Positions 52,475 to 60,841 of a DNA stretch of 64,000 nt are shown here, piece by piece (position 1 is the stretch's first letter; each line of letters begins with the position of its first letter). Below the pieces are notes generated by a model. That model made no database searches. It worked only from the letters and a program-made list of their open reading frames with translations, and had not been told where the DNA came from. The translations under genes were made by a program, and so were the position numbers. The DNA is from an uncultured Chromatiaceae bacterium (GTDB lineage Bacteria > Pseudomonadota > Gammaproteobacteria > Tenderiales > Tenderiaceae), in NCBI GenBank assembly GCA_945787785.1, contig CALZIO010000003.1, forward strand, positions 36,045-100,044. Reading direction: 5' to 3'.

Positions 52475-53269
52475 ATGAAAAAGTTATATCTGATAACACT
52501 AGTATTAGCTGTAAGCCTGGGGATGACAGTAAATTCTGCCGCTGCTGAACAAGGGCAGGGCTACATCTCACAGAATTCTTTAATCCCAAGTTCAAGCGTA
52601 GGCAAGCAGCATAAACTTATTGTTATCGCACAGGCAGCGTCTGTTATGCAGGACTCAGATAGTGATGGTGTAGCCGATGCTGAGGATCTTTGTCCGACTG
52701 CACATCCTGATGCAATAGTGGGTGCCGATGGATGTGAGCTGGATGGCGACAAGGATGGTGTGGTTAATCGCCTTGATAATTGCCCGGAAACAAAGTCAGG
52801 TGTGAGCGTCGATGCCAATGGCTGTGAATTAGATGCAGACGGCGATGGTGCCTTCGATAGTGATGATGTTTGCCCCGACACACCAGCCGGCAGACGGGTG
52901 GATCTGGTCGGCTGTGAAATTCCGCTGGTGATAATACTCAAGGGTGTAAACTTCCACACCGACTCAGCTGATTTGACTGACGGTTCAACGCAGGTGCTGG
53001 ATGGTATGGTTGCCATTCTAATAAAGTACCCGAACATGGTCGTCGAGGTGGGTGGTTATACCGATAATACTGGTACCAAGAAGATAAATTATTCTTTATC
53101 GCAACGCCGTGCCCAGGCAGTGCTTGACTACCTGGTGAGTCAGGGTGCAAATCCAGATGTGCTGACCGCCAAGGGTTATGGACCGGAAGATCCAATCGCG
53201 GATAACGATACCGAAGCCGGCCGGACTGAAAATCGTCGGGTAGAACTGCATATCGAAGAGAAAAAGTAG
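52475..53269 (+). CDS. OmpA-family protein with thrombospondin type-3 (calcium-binding) repeats
   Basis: Start moved to MKKLYLITLVLAVSLGMTVNSAAA (signal peptide). TSP3-like repeats: DSDGVADAEDLCPT, DGDKDGVVNRLDNCPET, DADGDGAFDSDDVCPDT. C-terminal OmpA domain: VEVGGYTDNTG....NYSLSQRRAQAV..YL, NRRVELHI. Confidence 0.85.
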   Translation: MKKLYLITLVLAVSLGMTVNSAAAEQGQGYISQNSLIPSSSVGKQHKLIVIAQAASVMQDSDSDGVADAEDLCPTAHPDAIVGADGCELDGDKDGVVNRLDNCPETKSGVSVDANGCELDADGDGAFDSDDVCPDTPAGRRVDLVGCEIPLVIILKGVNFHTDSADLTDGSTQVLDGMVAILIKYPNMVVEVGGYTDNTGTKKINYSLSQRRAQAVLDYLVSQGANPDVLTAKGYGPEDPIADNDTEAGRTENRRVELHIEEKK

Positions 53270-53281
53270 ATATAAAAAGCA

Positions 53282-53310
53282 GCCAGGGCGCACTTAGCTG
53301 TGCCCTGGCC
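53282..53310 (+). terminator. Hairpin downstream of the first TSP3-OmpA gene; a sequence relative of the terminator at 54788
   Basis: GCCAGGGCGCAC-ttagc-TGTGCCCTGGC, an imperfect stem. There is no clean T-run afterwards, so its function as a terminator is uncertain. Confidence 0.4.
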
Positions 53311-53475
53311 ACCTCTTTGTTCAGAAAAAGTAAACCATTGTAAATACCTCCCCCAATTCATTGAAATAAGTCTTCATGTCCTGTATCTTCGCCCGTTGAT
53401 TTTGGGTCGGATTAGTTTGTGCCTGCAAATCTGACGTAGCGATAACCGAAAAAACTCAATTGGGGATAATTTAGA

Positions 53476-54771
53476 ATGAATAAGTCGTATCTGGCATCAT
53501 TTGCCGCAGCTGTAAGCCTGGTGGTTTCTAGCAATTCTGGCGCAGTAGAGCCTGGACAATGGTACTTTTCACCAAATCTTTCATACGTCATTGCAGACAG
53601 TGACAGGGCTGCAGATAATGATTTTGGATTGCAGCTGGGTTTTGGCCGAGCGCTTAGCAAATCCTGGAATATCGAATTAAGTGGCGTTATGGATACGCTT
53701 GATCTGGAGAGTGGAGCTGGAGAGTATAAACAGCGTGGTTTGCAGTTGGATGGTCTCTACTTTATTAATCGTGATCTAAAAGTTGATCCATATTTCGTTT
53801 TCGGTGTTGGTGGTATGAAAACAAGCTTTGCCAGCAACAAAGATACTAATCTGATGGCTAACGTGGGTGTTGGGGTGTCACACCTGATAACAAAAACTCT
53901 CAGCTTACGTGCCGATGCCCGTTATCGCATTGATGAAGATGATAAGAGCGTTGCTGGAAACAATCGCTTTGGTGACTGGATTGTAAATATTGGTTTGTTT
54001 GTACCTTTTGGTAGTTCAAAGGCCGCTGCTGAACCCGTTGCCGCCGCAGTCGTTGTACCTGCCGTTGTGGATACAGATGGTGATGGTGTAAACGATGTCA
54101 ACGATCGTTGTACTGATACCCCGGCAGGTGTCATCGTGGATGCCAACGGTTGTGAGCTGGATGGTGATAATGATGGGGTTATTGATCGTTTAGATAGTTG
54201 TCCTGAAACAATGACAGGTTTAACTGTTGATGCAAAAGGTTGTGAGCTGGATGGTGATAATGATGGGGTTACTGATCGTTTAGATAGTTGTCCTGAAACA
54301 ATGACAGGTTTAACTGTTGATGCAAAAGGTTGTGAGCTTGATTCGGATAGTGACGGAGTCGTCGATAGTGCTGACAACTGTGCAAATACTGTATCAGGTA
54401 CCAAGGTAGATGTTCATGGCTGTGAAATTCCTGAAGTGGTTGTGCTGAAGGGGGTTCACTTCAATACTGGTTCAAATCAGTTGACAGAAACGTCTATGGT
54501 TGAACTGAATGACGTGGCTGCTTCACTGAAGAAACATTCGGACTTGGTCGTTGAAGTCGCCGGATATACCGATAATACCGGTCCGAAGCAGTTGAATTAT
54601 TCTTTGTCACAGCAACGTGCTGAGTCAGTGGTTGACTATCTGATCAGCCAGGGTGTTGATGCGGCGAATTTGACCGCAAAGGGATACGGCCCTGAAGCAC
54701 CAATTGCAGATAACTCAACTCCAGCAGGCCGGGCTGAAAATCGCCGTGTGGAACTGCACATAGCAGAGTAA
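53476..54771 (+). CDS. Outer-membrane protein: N-terminal beta-barrel, TSP3 repeats, C-terminal OmpA peptidoglycan-binding domain
   Basis: Signal peptide. About 170 aa of alternating beta-strand-like sequence (GVGVSHLITKTLSLRADARYRI...). Four or five TSP3 repeats (DTDGDGVNDVNDRCTDT, DGDNDGVIDRLDSCPET twice, DSDSDGVVDSADNCANT). OmpA_C domain: VEVAGYTDNTG...NRRVELHI. Confidence 0.85.
   Translation: MNKSYLASFAAAVSLVVSSNSGAVEPGQWYFSPNLSYVIADSDRAADNDFGLQLGFGRALSKSWNIELSGVMDTLDLESGAGEYKQRGLQLDGLYFINRDLKVDPYFVFGVGGMKTSFASNKDTNLMANVGVGVSHLITKTLSLRADARYRIDEDDKSVAGNNRFGDWIVNIGLFVPFGSSKAAAEPVAAAVVVPAVVDTDGDGVNDVNDRCTDTPAGVIVDANGCELDGDNDGVIDRLDSCPETMTGLTVDAKGCELDGDNDGVTDRLDSCPETMTGLTVDAKGCELDSDSDGVVDSADNCANTVSGTKVDVHGCEIPEVVVLKGVHFNTGSNQLTETSMVELNDVAASLKKHSDLVVEVAGYTDNTGPKQLNYSLSQQRAESVVDYLISQGVDAANLTAKGYGPEAPIADNSTPAGRAENRRVELHIAE
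54151..54338 (+). repeat. Near-perfect 90-bp tandem direct repeat (2 units plus 8 bp) inside the OmpA gene
   Basis: 54151-54240 and 54241-54330 differ at one base (54182 T versus 54272 C, Ile to Thr). Each unit encodes CELDGDNDGV(I/T)DRLDSCPETMTGLTVDAKG. The next 8 bp (tgtgagct) repeat again. Confidence 0.95.
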
Positions 54772-54787
54772 TCTTAGTTATTAAAAC

Positions 54788-54820
54788 GGCCAGGGTGCTT
54801 TATGTGCCCTGGCCATTTTT
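54788..54820. terminator. Intrinsic terminator between the convergent OmpA gene and the Mce/Mla-type operon
   Basis: GGCCAGGG-tgctttatgtg-CCCTGGCC followed by ATTTTT. AAAA precedes it, so it could act on both strands. Confidence 0.8.
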
Positions 54821-54823
54821 ATG

Positions 54824-55423
54824 CTAATTGTTGCTTTTTATTTGTTTGATTGTCTCAGCTAGCTCGTTGCTGAAGTCAGACACGCATTCGCTCAGAGCCT
54901 GAACCAGGGCCTCATACTCTTTACTGCTGGCTTGATTAACAAATTCACGGCTTTGCGTTGGGTGAAGCATCTCATTATTTTTATCGATTAACTCCCAACG
55001 CACACTAAGTCTGGCTACATTGCTGCTGTCGGTATCAAATCTCAATACCTGAATCCGAGCTTGCACGTCGAGCTGATTGTTATTAAGTCTGGGAAATTTG
55101 CTGATATCAGCATTGGGTAAAGCGATGCTGAGGTTTTGAGCTACAACGCGGGCAAAGTTCATTTCAAGTGGTTCAGCCCAGCGATGGTATTCAGAAGCAT
55201 GCAGACTGTTGTCACTTGTCATTATGACGATCTGTTTACGCTTAAGGTAGGCGGGTAACTCAATCGGTCCAAGACCAATGTGAATATTGTATTCAGCAAT
55301 TTCGGTTGTTGCTGTCGTTGCGTTGGCACTTAGCAGATACAACTGCGAAGAGGGTGTGGTACCGCAACCACTGATGCCAAATGCCAGGATGTTAATTAAC
55401 AACAATCTACGTATTAGCTGCAT
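54824..55423 (-). CDS. ABC-transport auxiliary lipoprotein (PqiC/YmbA-like, DUF330-type)
   Basis: Lipobox LAFGISGC. About 199 aa. It is the last gene of a permease-ATPase-MCE operon, where this family normally sits. Confidence 0.65.
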   Translation of the reverse strand: MQLIRRLLLINILAFGISGCGTTPSSQLYLLSANATTATTEIAEYNIHIGLGPIELPAYLKRKQIVIMTSDNSLHASEYHRWAEPLEMNFARVVAQNLSIALPNADISKFPRLNNNQLDVQARIQVLRFDTDSSNVARLSVRWELIDKNNEMLHPTQSREFVNQASSKEYEALVQALSECVSDFSNELAETIKQIKSNN

Positions 55424-55425
55424 GA

Positions 55426-56448
55426 TTAATTTCCACGAGATGATTTACCTCTCAAAAGGGCTTCAGGGTTTTTTTCCAGGGTATTAGCCAGGCTATTAAT
55501 GGCGCGTGCAGCGCTCGTAATTTCTTGCAAGGTCTGTGTGAGAAGATAATATAATTGTGAATCTGGTGAGACGATATTGTTGGTGACCCCCGCAGTTGTC
55601 TGTATCTCATTTAGTGCACCTTCGGCACTGCTACTAAGACGCTCAGCACTGTCACGTAATTCTTTGACTAAATCGCTTGAGTCGCTAATCAGCCCATCGC
55701 CTGATTCGATTAAGCCGCGTGTTGACTTAAGCGTGGCGCGTAGATCGGTCAGAGTAAGGTTGAGATCACCGCTGATTTTTCCAGTATGCTGGTCAAGCCG
55801 TTCTGCCAGGATGGTGTATTGATTGAAGGTTTGATCGATACTTTGAATCGCTTTTAACAAATTCGGGTCGTTGGCCAGTTTTTCGATACCCTCGATTGCA
55901 CTCGCCACGTCATTAAGGACTTTCTCAACGGGAAAGTCTTCAAGCTTGCGGCTGATTTCCTGCATGGGTGTTGGAATCGTGGGGATTTCCCTGTATTCAT
56001 TGATGACCCCCACCAGTTTGGCCGGTGTATCCGGATGCATATCGAGTTGAATAGCAAGTTGGCCGGTGAGCAGGCTTTCCAGCTGTAACTGCGCGCGCAG
56101 GCCCTGATCGATCATGTCGCCCACACGTTGCATTCTCAGTTTGGTCATCTTCTCGCCACTCATGAGGGATATGCGCTCGACTTCCAGGTCAGCGTATACC
56201 GGGATCACAATGCGCAGTGTGTCGGGATCGACCATTAGATGCACATCGGTGACGTTGCCGATCTTAACGCCACGAAAATTAACCGGGGCACCAATGTCCA
56301 AGCCCCTTACCGAGCTGTCGAAAAACATGACGAAGCGGTACTTGTCACGCAATACACCGCTGCCGAACAGGAAAGCTGCGCCAATGGCGAGAATGATGGC
56401 GCCGACGATAAATAGGCCGATGAGGGTGGCGTTGGCGCGGCGACTCAT
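55426..56448 (-). CDS. MCE (MlaD/PqiB-family) substrate-binding protein with a long helical C-terminal extension
   Basis: N-terminal TM anchor (LIGLFIVGAIILAIGAAFLF). MCE domain: GLDIGAPVNFRGVKIGNVTDV. Then about 190 aa of helical sequence. The start overlaps the ATPase stop (ATGA). Confidence 0.85.
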   Translation of the reverse strand: MSRRANATLIGLFIVGAIILAIGAAFLFGSGVLRDKYRFVMFFDSSVRGLDIGAPVNFRGVKIGNVTDVHLMVDPDTLRIVIPVYADLEVERISLMSGEKMTKLRMQRVGDMIDQGLRAQLQLESLLTGQLAIQLDMHPDTPAKLVGVINEYREIPTIPTPMQEISRKLEDFPVEKVLNDVASAIEGIEKLANDPNLLKAIQSIDQTFNQYTILAERLDQHTGKISGDLNLTLTDLRATLKSTRGLIESGDGLISDSSDLVKELRDSAERLSSSAEGALNEIQTTAGVTNNIVSPDSQLYYLLTQTLQEITSAARAINSLANTLEKNPEALLRGKSSRGN

Positions 56449-57221
56449 AATTCTCCCCGGTTGAGGAAGGCCCGGACACGTTCATCCGGACACTCATTCT
56501 TTAGCTGTCTCGGATTGCCGCTGGCGATCATGGTCTTGGCCTCCGCATCGAGGAATATTGAATTATTACCGATCGCGAAGATACTCGCCAATTCGTGCGT
56601 TACGACTACGATAGTCGTTCCAAGGCTGGCGTTTAGTTCAAGGATCAATTCATCCAGGCGGCGTGAGCTGACTGGATCAAGACCAGCGGAGGGTTCGTCG
56701 AAGAAAAGAATTTCCGGATCAAGGGCCATGGCGCGTGCCAGAGCGGCGCGTTTGCGCATGCCGCCGCTGATCTCTGCCGGGTAGAGATCAGCGCAACCGG
56801 CCAGCCCTACCAAGGCCAGTTTGTAATCTACTACGTCACGGATGTCAGATTTACTCAGGATGCTGTACTCACTTAGAGGCAAAGCTATATTTTCTGCCAC
56901 CGTCATGGCGCTGAATAGCGCGCCACTCTGAAATAACACACCAAAGCTGCGTTTGATCTGTTCTTGTTGATTGTGCGGGGCGTGTGAGAAGTTCACCTGG
57001 TTGATAAAGACTTCACCCTTGGCCGGTTCTTGCAGGCCAATCAAATGGCGCAGGATCGTGCTTTTACCGCAGCCACTGCCGCCCATGATGATGAAAATAT
57101 CGCCACGCTGAATAGAGAAATTCAGGTATTGCTGAACGATATAGTCACCATAGGCAGCCGTGAGATCACACACTTCGATATGTGCGTTATTCACTTGTGG
57201 GGCAATCGCTACCTGTTGCAT
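56445..57221 (-). CDS. ABC transporter ATP-binding protein (MlaF-like)
   Basis: Start moved to MQQVAIAP... at 57221, 2 nt after the permease stop. Walker A GGSGCGKST. Signature ISGGMRKRAALARA. Walker B ILFFDEPSAGLDP. Confidence 0.9.
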   Translation of the reverse strand: MQQVAIAPQVNNAHIEVCDLTAAYGDYIVQQYLNFSIQRGDIFIIMGGSGCGKSTILRHLIGLQEPAKGEVFINQVNFSHAPHNQQEQIKRSFGVLFQSGALFSAMTVAENIALPLSEYSILSKSDIRDVVDYKLALVGLAGCADLYPAEISGGMRKRAALARAMALDPEILFFDEPSAGLDPVSSRRLDELILELNASLGTTIVVVTHELASIFAIGNNSIFLDAEAKTMIASGNPRQLKNECPDERVRAFLNRGEL

Positions 57222-57223
57222 TC

Positions 57224-58378
57224 TCAGATTCCCAGCTTTTGATAGATGATCGTCATGATTGACGCAGTAATAACAATGAAAACAATACTGGTCACTACCG
57301 CAGAAGTTGTCGCTTGCCCCACCGCTGCAGAGCTGCGGCCACATTGAATACCGCGCAAGCAACTGGCGATGGCAATACAAATACCGTAGACGACTGCCTT
57401 GCTTAGCCCAACCAACACATGGCTCATCTCCATGGTGCGCAGTGTTTGGACATAGTACTCGAAAGCGCTGATATCGAAGATAGTGACAGCTACCGCCAAG
57501 CCCGCCAATATACCGACCAGATCGGCATACAGGGTCAGCAATGGGATCATTAACACCAGTGCTAACAGCCTTGGCACCACGAGAAAATCAATTGGCGAGA
57601 TACCAAAGGTCTTGAGGGCGTCGATTTCCTCATTGACCTGCATGGTGCCTATCTCAGCGGCATACGCCGCACCTGTGCGGCCTGCGATGATCACGCCGGT
57701 CATCAAGGCGCCGATCTCGCGCACCATGCCGATACCAACCAGGTCGGCGATATAGATTTGGGCGCCAAACATTGCCAATTGGGCCGCGCCCATGTAGGCA
57801 AGGATCAGGCCGACCAGAAAGCTGATCAACGACACAATGGGTAATGCCTGTGGTCCGGCCCCTTGCAGCAGCAGGCCAAGATCGACGCGGCGGAAACGAA
57901 CACGGCCTCGCAAGGTGTTAAACAGGGCAATGCCACAGTCGCCGATGAAGTTTAGTGCCTTAGGCGCGCCGTACCAAAACTCGAGAGTGGTTTCACCCAC
58001 ATGATTAAGTAACGAGTCTTTCTCAAACATTTCATCGTCACGGCCGCGACTGGGTGCGGTTTCTGCCAAATTCAGCAAGCGTTGGACGCCTGCGGGCAGG
58101 CCGCTCAGATCGGCGTGAATACCACGTGCTTGAATGTTGTGGATAAAGTTGCGCAGGAACACCACCAATGCCGTGTCCCAGCTGTTGAGTTGTTGGCTAT
58201 CGAAATTTAAAGATTGCAGTTTAGGGCTGGAATCGATTTGGCTGACCAGCGTCTCGACATGGGGTATGCCGCTTTGCAAGCGCCAGTCACCTGCCAGCCG
58301 CATTTGCAGGGTGTCTGGTTCTTGTGGAAGCAGTTCATAACTCCAGGCTGACGTATTTACGGCTGTTGTCGTCTCCAT
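57224..58378 (-). CDS. MlaE-family ABC permease with an N-terminal STAS-like (MlaB-like) domain fused
   Basis: About 120 aa of N-terminal soluble region (LQMRLAGDWRL...LNFDSQQLNSWDTALVVFL) followed by the MlaE core (...GAQIYIADLVGIGMVREIGALMTGVIIAGRTGAAYAAEIGTMQVNEEIDAL). 384 aa. Confidence 0.85.
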   Translation of the reverse strand: METTTAVNTSAWSYELLPQEPDTLQMRLAGDWRLQSGIPHVETLVSQIDSSPKLQSLNFDSQQLNSWDTALVVFLRNFIHNIQARGIHADLSGLPAGVQRLLNLAETAPSRGRDDEMFEKDSLLNHVGETTLEFWYGAPKALNFIGDCGIALFNTLRGRVRFRRVDLGLLLQGAGPQALPIVSLISFLVGLILAYMGAAQLAMFGAQIYIADLVGIGMVREIGALMTGVIIAGRTGAAYAAEIGTMQVNEEIDALKTFGISPIDFLVVPRLLALVLMIPLLTLYADLVGILAGLAVAVTIFDISAFEYYVQTLRTMEMSHVLVGLSKAVVYGICIAIASCLRGIQCGRSSAAVGQATTSAVVTSIVFIVITASIMTIIYQKLGI

Positions 58379-58530
58379 ACGATTCCAATTGTGCCAGTTG
58401 TACCAGACCTACAGATTGATTGTAACGCCGCTTTATATTGCGTGCAGTAGAGTTTTCAAGCAGTCCTGTCAGTGTGTCAATGTCTCGGTATAATAGCCCG
58501 CACAAAATAAACCAGCAGGCAGTCAAGCGC

Positions 58531-60780
58531 ATGAGTGAAATCGAACGTCAGGACCACGGTATTGAGCAGCTACCGCTTAAAACGTTTACTGAAAAGGCCT
58601 ATCTAGACTATTCCATGTACGTCATTTTGGACCGGGCATTACCTCACGTCGGTGATGGTTTAAAGCCGGTGCAGCGACGCATTGTTTACGCCATGTCTGA
58701 ATTGGGATTGTCAGCCACAGCCAAATTCAAGAAATCGGCCCGCACGGTGGGTGATGTGTTGGGTAAGTTTCATCCCCATGGTGACAGTGCCTGTTACGAG
58801 GCGATGGTGTTGTTGGCGCAGCCATTTTCAACCCGATACCCGTTTGTGGATGGGCAGGGCAATTGGGGATCACCGGATGATCCCAAATCGTTTGCCGCCA
58901 TGCGTTATACAGAATCCCGCCTGACGCCGTATGCCGAGTTGCTGCTGCGTGAGGTGTCACAAGGCACGGTGGATTGGGTGCCTAATTTTGATGGCACCTT
59001 GGAAGAGCCATCGGTTTTGCCGGCACGTGTGCCGAATTTGTTGCTGAATGGCACCACGGGTATTGCCGTGGGTATGGCGACGGATATCCCACCCCACAAT
59101 ATGCGCGAAGTGGTGAGTGCCTGTATTCGGTTGTTGGAAGAGCCCAAGGCCGATGTGATCGCCCTGTGTGAGCATGTTCAGGGGCCGGATTATCCCACCG
59201 AGGCGGAAATCATCACGCCGCGTGAAGATATCCTGAAAATGTATGAAACAGGCCATGGTGGAATACGAATGCGTGCCGTGTTTGAGCGCGAAGATGGCGA
59301 CATTATCGTCACCGCGTTGCCGCATCAGGTGTCTGGCGCCAAGGTGCTGGAGCAAATCGCCGCTCAGATGACCGCCAAAAAGCTGCCTATGGTCGAAGAT
59401 CTGCGGGATGAGTCTGACCACGAAAATCCCACCCGTCTGGTGATCACACCACGCTCGAGTCGTGTTGATATAGAGGCCTTGATGTCACACCTGTTTGCTT
59501 CCACAGATCTGGAGCGGACCTATAGGGTCAACTTTAATGTGATCGGCATTGATGGCAAACCTCAGGTCAAAAATCTACTCCAGATGTTGAAAGAGTGGCT
59601 TACTTTTCGTACCGAGACGGTGCGCCGCCGTTTGCAATATCGTCTCGATAAGGTGAATCGTCGCCTGCATCTGTTGGAAGGCATGTTGATCGCTTACCTC
59701 AATCTAGACGAAGTGATCCATATCATTCGCACCGAGGAAGAACCGAAAAAGGTGTTGATGAAGCGTTTTGATCTAACCGAAGAACAGACCGATTACATTC
59801 TCGATACCAAGTTACGCCAGTTGGCACGGCTGGAAGAGATGAAGATCAAGGCCGAACAGGATGAGCTGGCCAAAGAACGTGACATGCTGGAAAAGATCCT
59901 GGCATCAAAAGCACGGATGAAGACCCTGATTCGCAAAGAACTGATGGAAGATGCCGAGAAGTATGGCGATGAGCGCCGCTCACCGATTGTCGCGCGTGAG
60001 GCGGCCGAGGCTATGGATGAAACTGCGTTGACACCGGCTGAATCCGTCACGGTGGTGTTGTCGGAAAAGGGCTGGGTCCGATCTGCTAAGGGTCACGAGA
60101 TCGATCCGAGTACTATCAACTACAAGGCTGGTGATGGTTTTCTCTCAGCTGCACGGGGTCGCAGTAATCAGCTAGCGGTGTTCATCGATTCCAGCGGCCG
60201 TTGTTATGCCTTGTCGGCCCATACTTTACCTTCCGCCCGTGGCCAGGGTGAACCGTTGACCGGGCGCTTGAATCCCCCCCCGGGCGCCACCTTTGTTGGG
60301 GTAATGATGGGGGCGGAGGCGGACCGCTATCTGCTCGCTACGGATGCCGGTTACGGCTTTGTTGCCAGGCTCGGTGATCTGATAACGAAAAATAAAAATG
60401 GTAAGGCGATCCTGAATTTGCCAAAAGGTGCGCGGGTATTGCCGCCTGCGCTGATCAAGGATGTGGCAACGGATCAAGTTGTTTCAATCACCACTGAGGG
60501 GCGCATGTTGGTGTTTCCTCTTGCCGAGCTGCCAGAGTTGAGTAAAGGTAAGGGCAACAAGATCATCTCTATCCCGGGTGCGCGAGTGGCCAGTCGTGAC
60601 GAGTATGTGGTTACTATCAATAGTGTGCCGGAAGGTGAAAAGCTTACGCTCTACTGCGGCCAACGTCACACCACGCTCAAGGGTTCGGATCTTAAGCATT
60701 ATCATGGTGAGCGAGGTCGCCGAGGGAATAAATTACCGCGCGGTTTTCAGCGGGTAGATCGCAGTTCGCTTGGGGAATAA
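58531..60780 (+). CDS. parC: DNA topoisomerase IV subunit A
   Basis: Start moved to [16 protein letters not shown] at 58531. [38 protein letters not shown] (catalytic Tyr). 749 aa. Confidence 0.95.
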   Translation: MSEIERQDHGIEQLPLKTFTEKAYLDYSMYVILDRALPHVGDGLKPVQRRIVYAMSELGLSATAKFKKSARTVGDVLGKFHPHGDSACYEAMVLLAQPFSTRYPFVDGQGNWGSPDDPKSFAAMRYTESRLTPYAELLLREVSQGTVDWVPNFDGTLEEPSVLPARVPNLLLNGTTGIAVGMATDIPPHNMREVVSACIRLLEEPKADVIALCEHVQGPDYPTEAEIITPREDILKMYETGHGGIRMRAVFEREDGDIIVTALPHQVSGAKVLEQIAAQMTAKKLPMVEDLRDESDHENPTRLVITPRSSRVDIEALMSHLFASTDLERTYRVNFNVIGIDGKPQVKNLLQMLKEWLTFRTETVRRRLQYRLDKVNRRLHLLEGMLIAYLNLDEVIHIIRTEEEPKKVLMKRFDLTEEQTDYILDTKLRQLARLEEMKIKAEQDELAKERDMLEKILASKARMKTLIRKELMEDAEKYGDERRSPIVAREAAEAMDETALTPAESVTVVLSEKGWVRSAKGHEIDPSTINYKAGDGFLSAARGRSNQLAVFIDSSGRCYALSAHTLPSARGQGEPLTGRLNPPPGATFVGVMMGAEADRYLLATDAGYGFVARLGDLITKNKNGKAILNLPKGARVLPPALIKDVATDQVVSITTEGRMLVFPLAELPELSKGKGNKIISIPGARVASRDEYVVTINSVPEGEKLTLYCGQRHTTLKGSDLKHYHGERGRRGNKLPRGFQRVDRSSLGE

Positions 60781-60791
60781 CTAGTCAAACT

Positions 60792-60816
60792 GGACGTAGG
60801 GTGCGCCGTGCGCACC
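60792..60816. repeat. REP-like palindromic element, copy A (GGACGTAGGGTGCGCCGTGCGCACC)
   Basis: GGTGCG-ccgtg-CGCACC hairpin with a GTAGGGTG head. It starts 12 nt after the parC stop. Confidence 0.6.
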
Positions 60817-60841
60817 TTTTGTCATAAAGTATTGAATATGT

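Noticed and set aside
53922-54404. 160-aa Ser/Thr/Pro-rich minus-strand ORF (and the similar 52561..53037)
   Set aside because: These are the antisense reading of the Asp/Gly-rich TSP3 repeats. Their repetitiveness is inherited from the sense-strand repeats.
45006-58530. The 13.5-kb parE-parC interval as a horizontally acquired island
   Set aside because: There are no mobility genes, flanking repeats or tRNA. parE and parC are also separated by unrelated genes in E. coli. The content is accessory-like, but acquisition cannot be argued from this sequence alone.
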